Source: Escherichia coli (GTDB taxonomy: Bacteria; Pseudomonadota; Gammaproteobacteria; Enterobacterales; Enterobacteriaceae). From it: a DNA stretch of 64,000 bases. Below are positions 9,819-23,990 of the stretch, piece by piece. The stretch lies in the NCBI RefSeq assembly GCF_024502345.1, contig NZ_JALDNN010000001.1. The stretch is one strand, 5' to 3'. The notes under the pieces are model-generated. The model saw only the letters and a program-made list of their open reading frames with translations, ran no database searches and was not told the DNA's origin. The translations under genes were made by a program, and so were the position numbers. Numbering within the stretch: position 1 is the stretch's first letter; each line of letters opens with the position of its first letter.

Positions 9819-10031
9819 GAAAATACCTTAGTGGGTAAACGCTTACATTCTTTCAGTGTTACGGAAAACGCCCGTTGGTTCAAGGGGCGGCGTGTTTTCA
9901 TCGTGGGAATGTGAGCCAAACGCAAATAAGTAAGACAAAAAAAGAGATTGCAAACCTTTGGTTACACTTTGCGAAACGCTGTTGCGATTGACCGCTGGTG
10001 GCGTTTGGCTTCAGGTTGCTAAAGTGGTGAT

Positions 10032-10114
10032 CCCAGAGGTATTGATAGGTGAAGTCAACTTCGGGTTGAGCACATGAATTACACCAGCCTGCGCAGATGC
10101 GCAGGTTTTTTTTT
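10032..10114 (+). ncRNA. omrB: OmrB small RNA
   Basis: CCCAGAGGTATTGATAGGTGAAGTCAACTTCGGGTTGAGCACATGAATTACACCAGCCTGCGCAGATGCGCAGG followed by a T9 run. Confidence 0.9.
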
Positions 10115-10228
10115 GCCGGTCATCAAACTGTAACAGTAACCGACAATTTACACACCTCGTTGCATTTCCCTTCATTCCTTTGCGTTTTCTCGCTGGCGAA
10201 GAGTCGTCGTGCAGACCACAATCAAGAT

Positions 10229-10316
10229 CCCAGAGGTATTGATTGGTGAGATTATTCGGTACGCTCTTCGTACCCTGTCTCTTGCACCAACCTGCGCGGA
10301 TGCGCAGGTTTTTTTT
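10229..10316 (+). ncRNA. omrA: OmrA small RNA
   Basis: CCCAGAGGTATTGATTGGTGAGATTATTCGGTACGCTCTTCGTACCCTGTCTCTTGCACCAACCTGCGCGGATGCGCAGG followed by a T8 run; shares 5' and 3' ends with OmrB. Confidence 0.9.
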
Positions 10317-10382
10317 CGCACCTAATTTACTGTCGCTCGCGTTCTTTATCTCGTGTAATCTCCCTCCATTCGCTTTTACTGA

Positions 10383-13749
<3,367 letters not shown>

Positions 13750-13752
13750 TAT

Positions 13753-13778
13753 TTAACGCCGGTTTTAACCGGCGTTAA
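13753..13778. terminator. Bidirectional hairpin between convergent lplT and tas
   Basis: AACGCCGG / CCGGCGTT inverted repeat flanked by A/T runs on both sides. Confidence 0.55.
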
Positions 13779-13780
13779 TC

Positions 13781-14821
13781 TTATGGTGCCGGATAAGTAT
13801 AAACCTGATGCACCGCTTCAATTTCAGCTAATACGTCTTCGCTTAACTCCAGATGCAAACTTTCGATGTTAGTTTTCAGCTGATCCATCGTGGTTGCGCC
13901 CAGCAGAGTGCTGGCAACAAACGGTTGACGGCGTACAAACGCGAGCGCCATCTGAGCAGGGTCCAGGCCATGACGTCTGGCGATATCAACATACGCCGCG
14001 ACGGCTTTTTGCGTTTGCTCACCGCTATAGCGGGTGAACCGACTAAAGAGCGTATTACGTGCGCCAGCGGGTTTTGCACCATTGAGATATTTCCCGGTCA
14101 GCGTGCCGAAACCCAGGCACGAATAGGCCAGCAGTTCGACCCCTTCATACTGGCTGACTTCTGCCAGACCTACTTCAAAACTGCGGTTTAACAGACTGTA
14201 AGGGTTCTGAATGGTGACAATACGCGGCAGATCGTGTTTGTCCGCCAGATGCAGGTAGCGCATTACGCCAAATGCAGTTTCGTTCGACACGCCGATATAA
14301 CGAATTTTTCCCGCGCGTTGGTACTCTGCCAGTGCGTCCAGCGTATCCAGCAGCGAAACCGCAGGCGCAGAATCCGTCCAGCTATAACCGAGTTTGCCGA
14401 AGCAGTTGGTCGGGCGCTGCGGCCAGTGCACCTGATAAAGATCGAGGTAATCAGTCTGTAGGCGCTTGAGGCTGTCATGCAGCGCTTCGCGGATATTCTT
14501 CCGATCCAGCGCCTGATCCGGGCGGATGCCCTTGTCATTATTGCGCGACGGTCCGCTCACTTTGGAGGCGATAATTAACTTTTCGCGGCTGCCATGTTTC
14601 GCCAGCCAGTTGCCGACGTAGGTTTCGGTTAACCCTTGCGTTTCGGGGCGCGGAGGTACTGGGTACATTTCGGCAACGTCGATAAGGTTAATGCCCTGAG
14701 CGACGGCATAGTCGAGTTGTGCGTGGGCGTCGGCTTCGCTGTTCTGTTCACCAAACGTCATCGTGCCAAGCCCCAGCGTGCTGACTTCCAGCGAACTGTG
14801 GGGTATACGGTGATATTGCAT
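13781..14821 (-). CDS. tas: NADP(H)-dependent aldo-keto reductase
   Basis: 346 aa AKR family. Confidence 0.9.
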   Translation of the reverse strand: MQYHRIPHSSLEVSTLGLGTMTFGEQNSEADAHAQLDYAVAQGINLIDVAEMYPVPPRPETQGLTETYVGNWLAKHGSREKLIIASKVSGPSRNNDKGIRPDQALDRKNIREALHDSLKRLQTDYLDLYQVHWPQRPTNCFGKLGYSWTDSAPAVSLLDTLDALAEYQRAGKIRYIGVSNETAFGVMRYLHLADKHDLPRIVTIQNPYSLLNRSFEVGLAEVSQYEGVELLAYSCLGFGTLTGKYLNGAKPAGARNTLFSRFTRYSGEQTQKAVAAYVDIARRHGLDPAQMALAFVRRQPFVASTLLGATTMDQLKTNIESLHLELSEDVLAEIEAVHQVYTYPAP

Positions 14822-14928
14822 AGCCGTTTCCTTTTTATAATCACGACATAAGGAATATAAAAATGGCAGAGGGAAGGGAAAAGGGAAAGAGAAAAATCTT
14901 AAGGCCAGCCGGATGCTGACCTTATTTG

Positions 14929-15147
14929 TTAACGTTCAATAATTTGCGAAACATCATCACGGTTAATTTGCATCGCGTTACCTTGCTGATCGTGATAACT
15001 CACCAGCCCGGTATCATCATCAATTTCAGGTTTTCCATCGGTCAAAATCATACGGCCATCTTTGGTCGCCATGACGTAATCACTGGAACACCCGGAAACA
15101 GCAAACGCCAGTCCGACTGCAGAAATTATTACTGCCCATTTTTTCAT
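14929..15147 (-). CDS. ygdR: Small lipoprotein
   Basis: 72 aa; lipobox ..AVSGC; paralogous to ygdI in this window. Confidence 0.85.
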
Positions 15148-15284
15148 CCGGTTATCCTCATTTGGCCTACCTATGATAATAGTCTGTTTATAAACCGACG
15201 TTATATATCTTGAAAGCAGGAAAATCTTAAACTGTGAGGGTAAAAGGAGTGAGTACGCCCTCCCGCAGGAGAGCGTACGGAGTA

Positions 15285-15998
15285 TCAGAGCGGATTCTTT
15301 TTGTTGCGAATCAAGTTGAGGCTTTCAACCGCAATAGAGAAGAACATCGCGAAGTAGATGTAACCTTTCGGTACGTGGATGTCGAAACTTTCCAGAATCA
15401 GGGTAAAGCCCACCAGAATCAGGAAAGAGAGCGCCAGCATTTTTACCGAAGGATGGCGTTCGACAAAATCACCAATCGAGCGCGCGGCGAACATCATCAC
15501 GCCTACGGCAATCACCACGGCTGCCATCATAATAAACAGGTGATCTGACAGACCCACAGCCGTAATCACCGAGTCGAGGCTAAAGATAATATCCAGCAGC
15601 ATAATCTGCACGATAGCGCCGAGGAATGATGAAACGCGTGTTTTCAGCCCTTCTTCTTCACCTTCAATGGATTCGTGGATTTCCTTGCTGGCTTTCCAGA
15701 TAAGGAACAAGCCACCCAGAAGCAGAATCAAATCACGGGCAGAAATTTCCTGACTGAATATTGTAAAAAGCGGATTTGTCAGGCGCGTAACCCAGGCGAT
15801 TGATGCCAGCAGCGCCAGACGCATAACCATGGCTCCCGCCAACCCCAGACGGCGCGCATGAGCACGTTGTGCTGTGGGAAGCTTTGCCACCACCAGAGAA
15901 AGGAAAATAATATTGTCGATCCCAAGAACGATCTCCAGCAGCGTCAGCGTACCGAGCGCAAGCCAGGCGTTAGGATCGGTTATCCATGCAAATAACAT
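15285..15998 (-). CDS. ygdQ: TerC-family inner-membrane protein
   Basis: 237 aa multi-pass membrane protein. Confidence 0.85.
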
Positions 15999-16066
15999 CT
16001 AAAAAGCCCTGCCAAAAAAATGAAGCGGTAATTATATGCCCGGAAAGCGGCAGGTCAAAGCGATGG

Positions 16067-16756
16067 CTACTGGATCAGAAAATGACGGGCCAGTAGTGCA
16101 CTGGTGAAATTCTTCTTCAAATAAAAGCCGCGTGGCAGCGTCAGAATCCGTTCGCCCCGGGCACCAATGGCTTCGGTAAGCGCTTTCGCATTCGCTGCTT
16201 TCGGTCTTATCTGTAAATATTCCCCGTGACGAGCGGTGATCCGCTCAACCTGACCGAGAACAATCATATCCATTAATTCTTCCCAGTCTTCGCGTAGCTG
16301 TCGGTCTTCCTCTTCATTCGGGCTCCACAGCAACGGGGATCCTACGCGACGCTGCGCCAGCGGGATGCTGCGCTCGCCTTCAACCGGTATCCACAGTACG
16401 CGTTTGAGCTTGTGGCGCACGTGGCTGGTTTCCCAGGTCACCCCGCTATTACCCGTTAACGGGGCAACACAAACGAATGTTGTTTCCAGCGGACGACCAA
16501 GACTATCCACAGGGATAGTTTTAAGTTCCACGCCCAGAGCGGCAAAATCTTGCTCAGGTTTACTCCCTGCGCTGGCACCTAGCCAGATCTCCAGTAACAC
16601 GCCAATCCAGCCCTTATCGCGTTTTAAATTCTCTGGCGTAACCAGCCCGGCAAGTGCCGCCAGTTCTCCCAATGTATAACCAGAAAGTTGCTGTGCTTGC
16701 GCTAACAACTGTTCTTCAGTTTCGGGAGGAGAGAGCAGTGGGCGAGGTTGGGACAT
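16067..16756 (-). CDS. mutH: Methyl-directed mismatch-repair endonuclease
   Basis: 229 aa. Confidence 0.93.
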
Positions 16757-16899
16757 GTCATGATACCTTGATTAAAAAACAAACAGCAATTATGTGCCGA
16801 ATATTCGCAGTGTAACTTTTTCCACATGTGTTGTTCAATTCTCTGATTTATATTGCTTTTTAGGCTGCCGGTAATCGAGTTGCGCAACACTGCAATAGG

Positions 16900-17300
16900 T
16901 TTTCCAAATCTGGTCACTGAAAATAAACAGGATCTTACACCATGTTATCCACAGAAAGCTGGGATAACTGTGAAAAACCTCCACTACTGTTTCCATTTAC
17001 AGCCTTGACGTGCGATGAAACTCCAGTTTTTAGTGGTTCAGTGCTTAACTTAGTGGCACATTCTGTGGATAAATACGGCATTGGTTGATCTTTCGCCAAC
17101 CCGTAAATGAGAGGTGTGACCTGGGTCACGAATTACTCTTTTTCATTACTCAAATTACATGTAATGCATTGACTAATAATGAATATTTTAAAATGTCTAT
17201 ATCGGGTTTATTCAGAATGCTCCGGGTTTTCCCGTAGTAATTCCGTAGTTCTTCACAACTCTATCCACAGAAAAGGTGAATAAAAACGGCTATTCACCCC
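16900..17300. promoter_or_regulatory. Probable DARS2 (DnaA-reactivating sequence 2) DnaA-box cluster
   Basis: TTATCCACA at 16945-16953 (+) and inverted copy at 17064-17072, a further CTATCCACA near 17261; I recall DARS2 as lying in the mutH-rppH(ygdP) intergenic region; boundaries approximate. Confidence 0.5.
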
Positions 17301-17440
17301 TTCCTCTGTTTATAACTCTGCACATAACTGTGAGTTATTCAATTGTTATTAGTGTGTAATGCCCTGCAGAGAGTGGTTTACCGTCTTCCTGGAGTATGAA
17401 ACAATCATTCGTATATAAAGCTTTATTTTGAGGTAGTCCG

Positions 17441-17971
17441 GTGATTGATGACGATGGCTACCGCCCAAACGTAGGTATCGTGATTTGTAATCGCCAGGGG
17501 CAGGTAATGTGGGCCCGGCGATTTGGTCAGCACTCCTGGCAATTTCCGCAAGGCGGAATCAACCCCGGAGAATCCGCAGAGCAGGCGATGTACCGTGAAT
17601 TGTTTGAAGAAGTAGGATTAAGCCGCAAAGACGTTCGAATCCTTGCTTCAACGCGTAACTGGTTGCGCTACAAATTACCGAAACGTTTGGTGCGTTGGGA
17701 CACGAAGCCGGTTTGTATCGGCCAAAAACAAAAATGGTTTCTCTTGCAGCTGGTAAGCGGCGATGCAGAAATCAATATGCAAACCAGCAGTACACCAGAG
17801 TTTGACGGCTGGCGATGGGTAAGTTACTGGTATCCGGTCAGACAGGTGGTGTCATTTAAACGTGATGTCTACCGTAGGGTAATGAAAGAGTTCGCGAGTG
17901 TGGTGATGTCACTGCAGGAAAATACGCCAAAACCACAAAACGCATCTGCTTATCGACGTAAAAGAGGTTAA
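17441..17971 (+). CDS. rppH: RNA pyrophosphohydrolase (Nudix)
   Basis: 176 aa with Nudix box. Confidence 0.93.
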
Positions 17972-17983
17972 GTCACGCCAATT

Positions 17984-20230
17984 ATGCTCACTCGCCTGCG
18001 CGAAATAGTCGAAAAGGTAGCCAGCGCACCACGCCTGAATGAGGCGTTAAATATTCTGGTTACCGACATCTGTCTTGCGATGGATACCGAGGTCTGTTCG
18101 GTCTACCTGGCCGATCATGATCGACGTTGTTACTACCTGATGGCGACCCGGGGGCTGAAAAAACCACGCGGTCGCACTGTAACGCTCGCGTTTGATGAAG
18201 GGATCGTCGGCCTGGTTGGCAGGCTGGCGGAACCGATAAACCTTGCAGATGCGCAAAAGCACCCCAGCTTCAAATACATCCCCTCCGTAAAAGAAGAACG
18301 TTTCCGCGCGTTTTTAGGCGTACCAATTATTCAACGTCGCCAGTTGCTTGGTGTACTGGTGGTACAGCAACGAGAGTTGCGCCAGTATGACGAAAGTGAA
18401 GAATCCTTCCTGGTGACGCTTGCCACCCAGATGGCAGCTATTCTTTCTCAGTCGCAGTTGACTGCCTTGTTTGGGCAATATCGCCAGACGCGAATCCGCG
18501 CATTACCGGCAGCACCTGGTGTGGCGATTGCCGAAGGCTGGCAGGATGCCACGTTACCTTTAATGGAACAGGTGTATCAGGCATCAACGCTGGATCCGGC
18601 TCTGGAACGCGAACGACTGACCGGGGCGCTGGAAGAAGCGGCAAACGAGTTTCGCCGCTACAGCAAACGCTTTGCCGCCGGAGCACAAAAAGAAACGGCG
18701 GCTATTTTCGATCTTTACTCGCACCTACTTTCGGACACCCGGCTGCGTCGCGAATTGTTTGCCGAGGTTGATAAAGGCTCGGTGGCAGAGTGGGCGGTAA
18801 AAACGGTCATTGAAAAATTTGCCGAACAGTTTGCCGCGCTAAGCGATAACTATCTCAAAGAGCGGGCTGGCGATTTACGTGCGCTGGGTCAGCGATTGCT
18901 GTTTCATCTTGATGACGCTAATCAAGGGCCGAACGCCTGGCCGGAACGTTTCATTCTGGTGGCAGATGAACTGTCAGCGACAACTCTTGCTGAGCTGCCC
19001 CAGGATCGCTTAGTCGGTGTTGTCGTGCGAGATGGCGCAGCCAACTCCCATGCTGCGATCATGGTACGTGCGCTGGGGATCCCTACCGTGATGGGCGCGG
19101 ATATTCAGCCTTCGGTGCTGCATCGTAGGACGCTGATCGTTGATGGCTATCGCGGTGAATTGCTGGTCGATCCGGAGCCGGTACTGCTGCAAGAATATCA
19201 GCGGCTAATTAGTGAAGAGATTGAGCTTAGCCGTCTGGCGGAAGATGACGTCAATTTACCCGCGCAGTTAAAAAGCGGTGAGCGTATAAAAGTCATGCTC
19301 AATGCTGGTTTAAGCCCGGAACATGAAGAAAAACTGGGCAGCCGTATTGATGGCATCGGTCTTTATCGCACTGAAATCCCATTCATGCTGCAAAGTGGTT
19401 TCCCGTCGGAAGAAGAACAGGTGGCGCAGTATCAGGGGATGCTGCAAATGTTCAATGATAAACCCGTCACCTTGCGTACGCTGGATGTCGGAGCAGATAA
19501 GCAGCTGCCTTACATGCCGATCAGCGAAGAGAATCCATGCCTGGGTTGGCGTGGGATTCGCATTACGCTCGATCAGCCGGAGATCTTCTTGATCCAGGTG
19601 CGGGCGATGCTGCGTGCTAATGCCGCTACGGGCAACCTGAATATTCTGTTGCCGATGGTCACAAGCCTCGATGAAGTTGATGAAGCACGCCGCCTGATTG
19701 AACGTGCCGGACGTGAAGTCGAGGAGATGATCGGTTACGAAATTCCCAAACCACGTATCGGCATCATGCTGGAAGTGCCGTCAATGGTATTTATGCTGCC
19801 GCATCTGGCAAAGCGGGTCGATTTCATCTCTGTTGGCACCAACGATCTGACTCAATACATTCTGGCCGTTGATCGCAACAATACCCGGGTGGCGAACATT
19901 TATGACAGTCTTCATCCTGCAATGTTACGAGCTCTGGCGATGATCGCCCGGGAAGCGGAAATACATGGTATCGATCTCCGTTTGTGCGGTGAAATGGCGG
20001 GCGATCCCATGTGCGTGGCAATCCTCATTGGGCTTGGGTATCGCCATCTGTCTATGAACGGACGTTCTGTAGCGCGGGTAAAATACCTGCTGCGGCGCAT
20101 TGATTTTGCCGAAGCAGAAAATCTTGCGCAGCGTAGTCTGGAAGCGCAACTGGCGACCGAAGTTCGCCATCAGGTTGCAGCCTTTATGGAGCGTCGCGGC
20201 ATGGGCGGGCTGATTCGCGGAGGGTTATAG
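17984..20230 (+). CDS. ptsP: Nitrogen-PTS enzyme I (EI-Ntr) with GAF domain
   Basis: 748 aa. Confidence 0.93.
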   Translation: MLTRLREIVEKVASAPRLNEALNILVTDICLAMDTEVCSVYLADHDRRCYYLMATRGLKKPRGRTVTLAFDEGIVGLVGRLAEPINLADAQKHPSFKYIPSVKEERFRAFLGVPIIQRRQLLGVLVVQQRELRQYDESEESFLVTLATQMAAILSQSQLTALFGQYRQTRIRALPAAPGVAIAEGWQDATLPLMEQVYQASTLDPALERERLTGALEEAANEFRRYSKRFAAGAQKETAAIFDLYSHLLSDTRLRRELFAEVDKGSVAEWAVKTVIEKFAEQFAALSDNYLKERAGDLRALGQRLLFHLDDANQGPNAWPERFILVADELSATTLAELPQDRLVGVVVRDGAANSHAAIMVRALGIPTVMGADIQPSVLHRRTLIVDGYRGELLVDPEPVLLQEYQRLISEEIELSRLAEDDVNLPAQLKSGERIKVMLNAGLSPEHEEKLGSRIDGIGLYRTEIPFMLQSGFPSEEEQVAQYQGMLQMFNDKPVTLRTLDVGADKQLPYMPISEENPCLGWRGIRITLDQPEIFLIQVRAMLRANAATGNLNILLPMVTSLDEVDEARRLIERAGREVEEMIGYEIPKPRIGIMLEVPSMVFMLPHLAKRVDFISVGTNDLTQYILAVDRNNTRVANIYDSLHPAMLRALAMIAREAEIHGIDLRLCGEMAGDPMCVAILIGLGYRHLSMNGRSVARVKYLLRRIDFAEAENLAQRSLEAQLATEVRHQVAAFMERRGMGGLIRGGL

Positions 20231-20380
20231 CGCGGATCATATACATATCTTTTAACGGTATTCGGCAACTAGCCAGGTCCCCTTGTGCTATTATTCGCAC
20301 CTTTGGAGCGCCTGAAACCTGCGGCGCGCATTTCAATCGCTGTTCTCTTTCAGCGAAATAACAAGAACTTGTGGTGACAG

Positions 20381-21256
20381 ATGACCAGTAGCTATCTGCA
20401 TTTTCCGGAGTTTGATCCGGTCATTTTCTCAATAGGACCCGTGGCGCTTCACTGGTACGGCCTGATGTATCTGGTGGGTTTCATTTTTGCAATGTGGCTG
20501 GCAACACGACGGGCGAATCGTCCGGGCAGCGGCTGGACCAAAAATGAAGTTGAAAACTTACTCTATGCGGGCTTCCTCGGCGTCTTCCTCGGGGGACGTA
20601 TTGGTTATGTTCTGTTCTACAATTTCCCGCAGTTTATGGCCGATCCGCTGTATCTGTTCCGTGTCTGGGACGGCGGCATGTCTTTCCACGGCGGCCTGAT
20701 TGGCGTTATCGTGGTGATGATTATCTTTGCCCGCCGTACTAAACGTTCCTTCTTCCAGGTTTCTGATTTTATCGCACCACTCATTCCGTTTGGTCTTGGT
20801 GCCGGGCGTCTGGGCAACTTTATTAACGGTGAATTGTGGGGCCGCGTTGACCCGAACTTCCCGTTTGCCATGCTGTTCCCAGGCTCCCGTACAGAAGATA
20901 TTTTGCTGCTGCAAACCAACCCGCAGTGGCAATCCATTTTCGACACTTACGGTGTGCTGCCGCGCCACCCATCACAGCTTTACGAGCTGCTGCTGGAAGG
21001 TGTGGTGCTGTTTATTATTCTCAACCTGTATATTCGTAAACCGCGCCCAATGGGAGCTGTCTCTGGCTTGTTCCTGATTGGCTACGGCGCGTTTCGCATC
21101 ATTGTTGAGTTTTTCCGCCAGCCCGACGCGCAGTTTACCGGTGCCTGGGTGCAGTACATCAGCATGGGGCAAATTCTTTCCATCCCGATGATTGTCGCGG
21201 GTGTGATCATGATGGTCTGGGCATATCGTCGCAGCCCACAGCAACACGTTTCCTGA
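20381..21256 (+). CDS. lgt: Prolipoprotein diacylglyceryl transferase
   Basis: 291 aa membrane protein. Confidence 0.93.
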
Positions 21257-21262
21257 GGAACC

Positions 21263-22057
21263 ATGAAACAGTATTTAGAACTGATGCAAAAAGTGCTCGA
21301 CGAAGGCACACAGAAAAACGACCGTACCGGAACCGGAACGCTTTCCATTTTTGGTCATCAGATGCGTTTTAACCTGCAGGATGGATTCCCGCTGGTGACA
21401 ACTAAACGTTGCCACCTGCGTTCCATCATCCATGAACTGCTGTGGTTTCTGCAGGGCGACACTAACATTGCTTATCTACACGAAAACAATGTCACCATCT
21501 GGGACGAATGGGCCGATGAAAACGGCGACCTCGGGCCAGTGTATGGTAAACAGTGGCGCGCCTGGCCAACGCCGGATGGTCGTCATATTGACCAGATCAC
21601 TACGGTACTGAACCAGCTGAAAAACGACCCGGATTCGCGCCGCATTATTGTTTCAGCGTGGAACGTAGGCGAACTGGATAAAATGGCGCTGGCACCGTGC
21701 CATGCGTTCTTCCAGTTCTATGTGGCAGACGGCAAACTCTCTTGCCAGCTTTATCAGCGCTCCTGTGACGTTTTCCTCGGCCTGCCGTTTAACATTGCCA
21801 GCTACGCGTTACTGGTGCATATGATGGCGCAGCAGTGTGATCTGGAAGTGGGCGATTTTGTCTGGACGGGGGGCGACACGCACCTGTACAGCAATCATAT
21901 GGATCAAACTCATCTGCAATTAAGCCGCGAACCGCGTCCGCTGCCGAAGTTGATTATCAAACGTAAACCCGAATCCATCTTCGACTACCGTTTCGAAGAC
22001 TTTGAGATTGAAGGCTACGATCCACATCCGGGCATTAAAGCGCCGGTGGCTATCTAA
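21263..22057 (+). CDS. thyA: Thymidylate synthase
   Basis: 264 aa; ..CHAFFQFYV.. active-site region. Confidence 0.95.
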
Positions 22058-22077
22058 TTACGAAACATCCTGCCAGA

Positions 22078-22106
22078 GCCGACGCCAGTGTGCGTCGGTT
22101 TTTTTT
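22078..22106 (+). terminator. thyA rho-independent terminator
   Basis: CCGACGC / GCGTCGG hairpin followed by T8. Confidence 0.7.
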
Positions 22107-22241
22107 ACCCTCCGTTAAATTCTTCGAGACGCCTTCCCGAAATTTTGCAACGTCCTGCAACGGCGTAAATAGTCCGGAAGATGCGCCGAAGAAATAGAAA
22201 CTGGCCCTCGTCTTTTTTTCTCCTCGCTCCATACTGCCGGC

Positions 22242-22712
22242 ATGAAAACACAACGTGGTTATACGCTGATTGAAACGCTGGTCGCGATGCTGATTTTGGT
22301 CATGCTAAGCGCAAGTGGACTCTATGGCTGGCAATACTGGCAGCAGTCGCAACGGCTATGGCAAACCGCCAGCCAGGCGCGGGACTATTTGCTCTATTTA
22401 CGTGAAGATGCCAACTGGCATAACCGCGACCACAGTATCAGCGTTATCAGGGAGGGGACGTTATGGTGCCTTGTGAGTTCCGCTGCTGGGGCCAATACCT
22501 GTCATGGCAGTTCACCATTGGTCTTTGTGCCACGCTGGCCCGAAGTCGAAATGAGCGACCTGACACCTTCGCTTGCTTTCTTTGGCCTGCGCAATACCGC
22601 ATGGGCCGGGCATATTCGCTTCAAAAACTCAACGGGCGAGTGGTGGCTGGTGGTTTCGCCGTGGGGAAGACTCCGGCTTTGTCAGCAAGGAGAAACAGAA
22701 GGATGCCTGTAA
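22242..22712 (+). CDS. ppdA: Prepilin-peptidase-dependent pseudopilin A
   Basis: 156 aa; N-terminal type IV prepilin motif ([11 protein letters not shown]). Confidence 0.85.
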
Positions 22713-23266
22713 AAGAGCAAGGTTTTTCTCTGCTGGAAGTGTTGATTGCTATGGCGATCAGTAGCGTATTGTTGCTGGGGGCTGCACGCTTTCTGCCTGC
22801 GTTACAGCGTGAAAGTTTAACGAGCACCCGTAAGCTGGCGCTGGAAGATGAAATCTGGCTGCGGGTATTTACCGTCGCGAAGCATCTCCAGAGGGCGGGT
22901 TATTGTCATGGCAGCTGTACCGGCGAAGGGCTGGAAATTGTCGGACAGGGTGACTGTATCATTGTGCAGTGGGATGCGAACAGTAACGGTATCTGGGATC
23001 GCGAACCGGTAAAAGAGTCTGACCAGATTGGATTTCGTCTGAAGGAGCATGTGCTGGAAACGCTACGCGGTGCGACATCCTGTGAAGGTAAGGGCTGGGA
23101 TAAAGTCACTAATCCGGATGCCATCATTATCGACACTTTTCAGGTCGTACGTCAGGATGTCAGCGGCTTCTCGCCGGTGTTGACGGTTAATATGCGTGCT
23201 GCCAGTAAGTCTGAACCGCAAACCGTGGTGGATGCCAGCTATAGCGTGACAGGATTCAACCTGTGA
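22703..23266 (+). CDS. ppdB: Prepilin-peptidase-dependent pseudopilin B
   Basis: 187 aa from ATG 22703 ([17 protein letters not shown]); the track ORF 22463 start is a spurious extension. Confidence 0.85.
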
Positions 23267-23670
23267 ACCGCGAAAAAGGTGTTTCGTCACTGGCTCTGGT
23301 CCTGATGCTGCTGGTTTTGGGTAGCTTGCTATTGCAAGGAATGAGTCAGCAGGATCGCAGTTTTGCCTCTCGCGTGAGCATGGAAAGTCAGTCATTGCGC
23401 CGCCAGGCCATCGTTCAGTCGGCGCTGGCGTGGGGAAAAATGCACTCCTGGCAGACGCAGCCAGCAGTTCAGTGCTCGCAGTACGCTGGAACCGATGCCC
23501 AGGTTTGTTTGCGTTTACTGGCAGATAATGAAGCCTTATTGATTGCCGGTTATGAAGGCGTTTCGTTGTGGCGAACAGGCGAAGTCATTGATGGAAAAAT
23601 TGTTTTTTCGCCACGCGGCTGGAGCGATTTTTGTCCGCTGAAAGAGGGGGCATTATGTCAGCTTCCCTGA
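23263..23670 (+). CDS. ygdB: Pseudopilin-operon protein (DUF2509)
   Basis: 135 aa; start overlaps the ppdB stop. Confidence 0.8.
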   Translation: MNREKGVSSLALVLMLLVLGSLLLQGMSQQDRSFASRVSMESQSLRRQAIVQSALAWGKMHSWQTQPAVQCSQYAGTDAQVCLRLLADNEALLIAGYEGVSLWRTGEVIDGKIVFSPRGWSDFCPLKEGALCQLP

Positions 23671-23978
23671 AGAATCAACAAGGCTTTAGCCTGCCGGAGG
23701 TAATGGTTGCGATGGTGCTGATGGTGATGATTGTCACTGCGTTATCGGGTATCCAGCGAACATTAATGAACAGTCTCGCCAGCAGAAACCAGTACCAACA
23801 GCTCTGGCGGCATGGTTGGCAGCAAACGCAACTGCGCGCGATTTCGCCACCTGCCAACTGGCAGGTCAACCGAATGCAGACATCGCAGGCGGGATGTGTC
23901 AGCATCAGCGTTACGCTAGTTTCACCCGGGGGCAGAGAAGGCGAGATGACCCGCCTGCATTGCCCGAATCGTCAGTAG
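23655..23978 (+). CDS. ppdC: Prepilin-peptidase-dependent pseudopilin C
   Basis: 107 aa from ATG 23655 ([20 protein letters not shown]). Confidence 0.85.
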   Translation: MSASLKNQQGFSLPEVMVAMVLMVMIVTALSGIQRTLMNSLASRNQYQQLWRHGWQQTQLRAISPPANWQVNRMQTSQAGCVSISVTLVSPGGREGEMTRLHCPNRQ

Positions 23979-23990
23979 TCAGGAGCCGCT

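Noticed and set aside
16702-17129. Two 64-71-aa minus-strand ORFs in the mutH-rppH intergenic region
   Set aside because: No RBS, GTG start for one, and they overlap the DnaA-box cluster; more likely non-coding DARS2 sequence.
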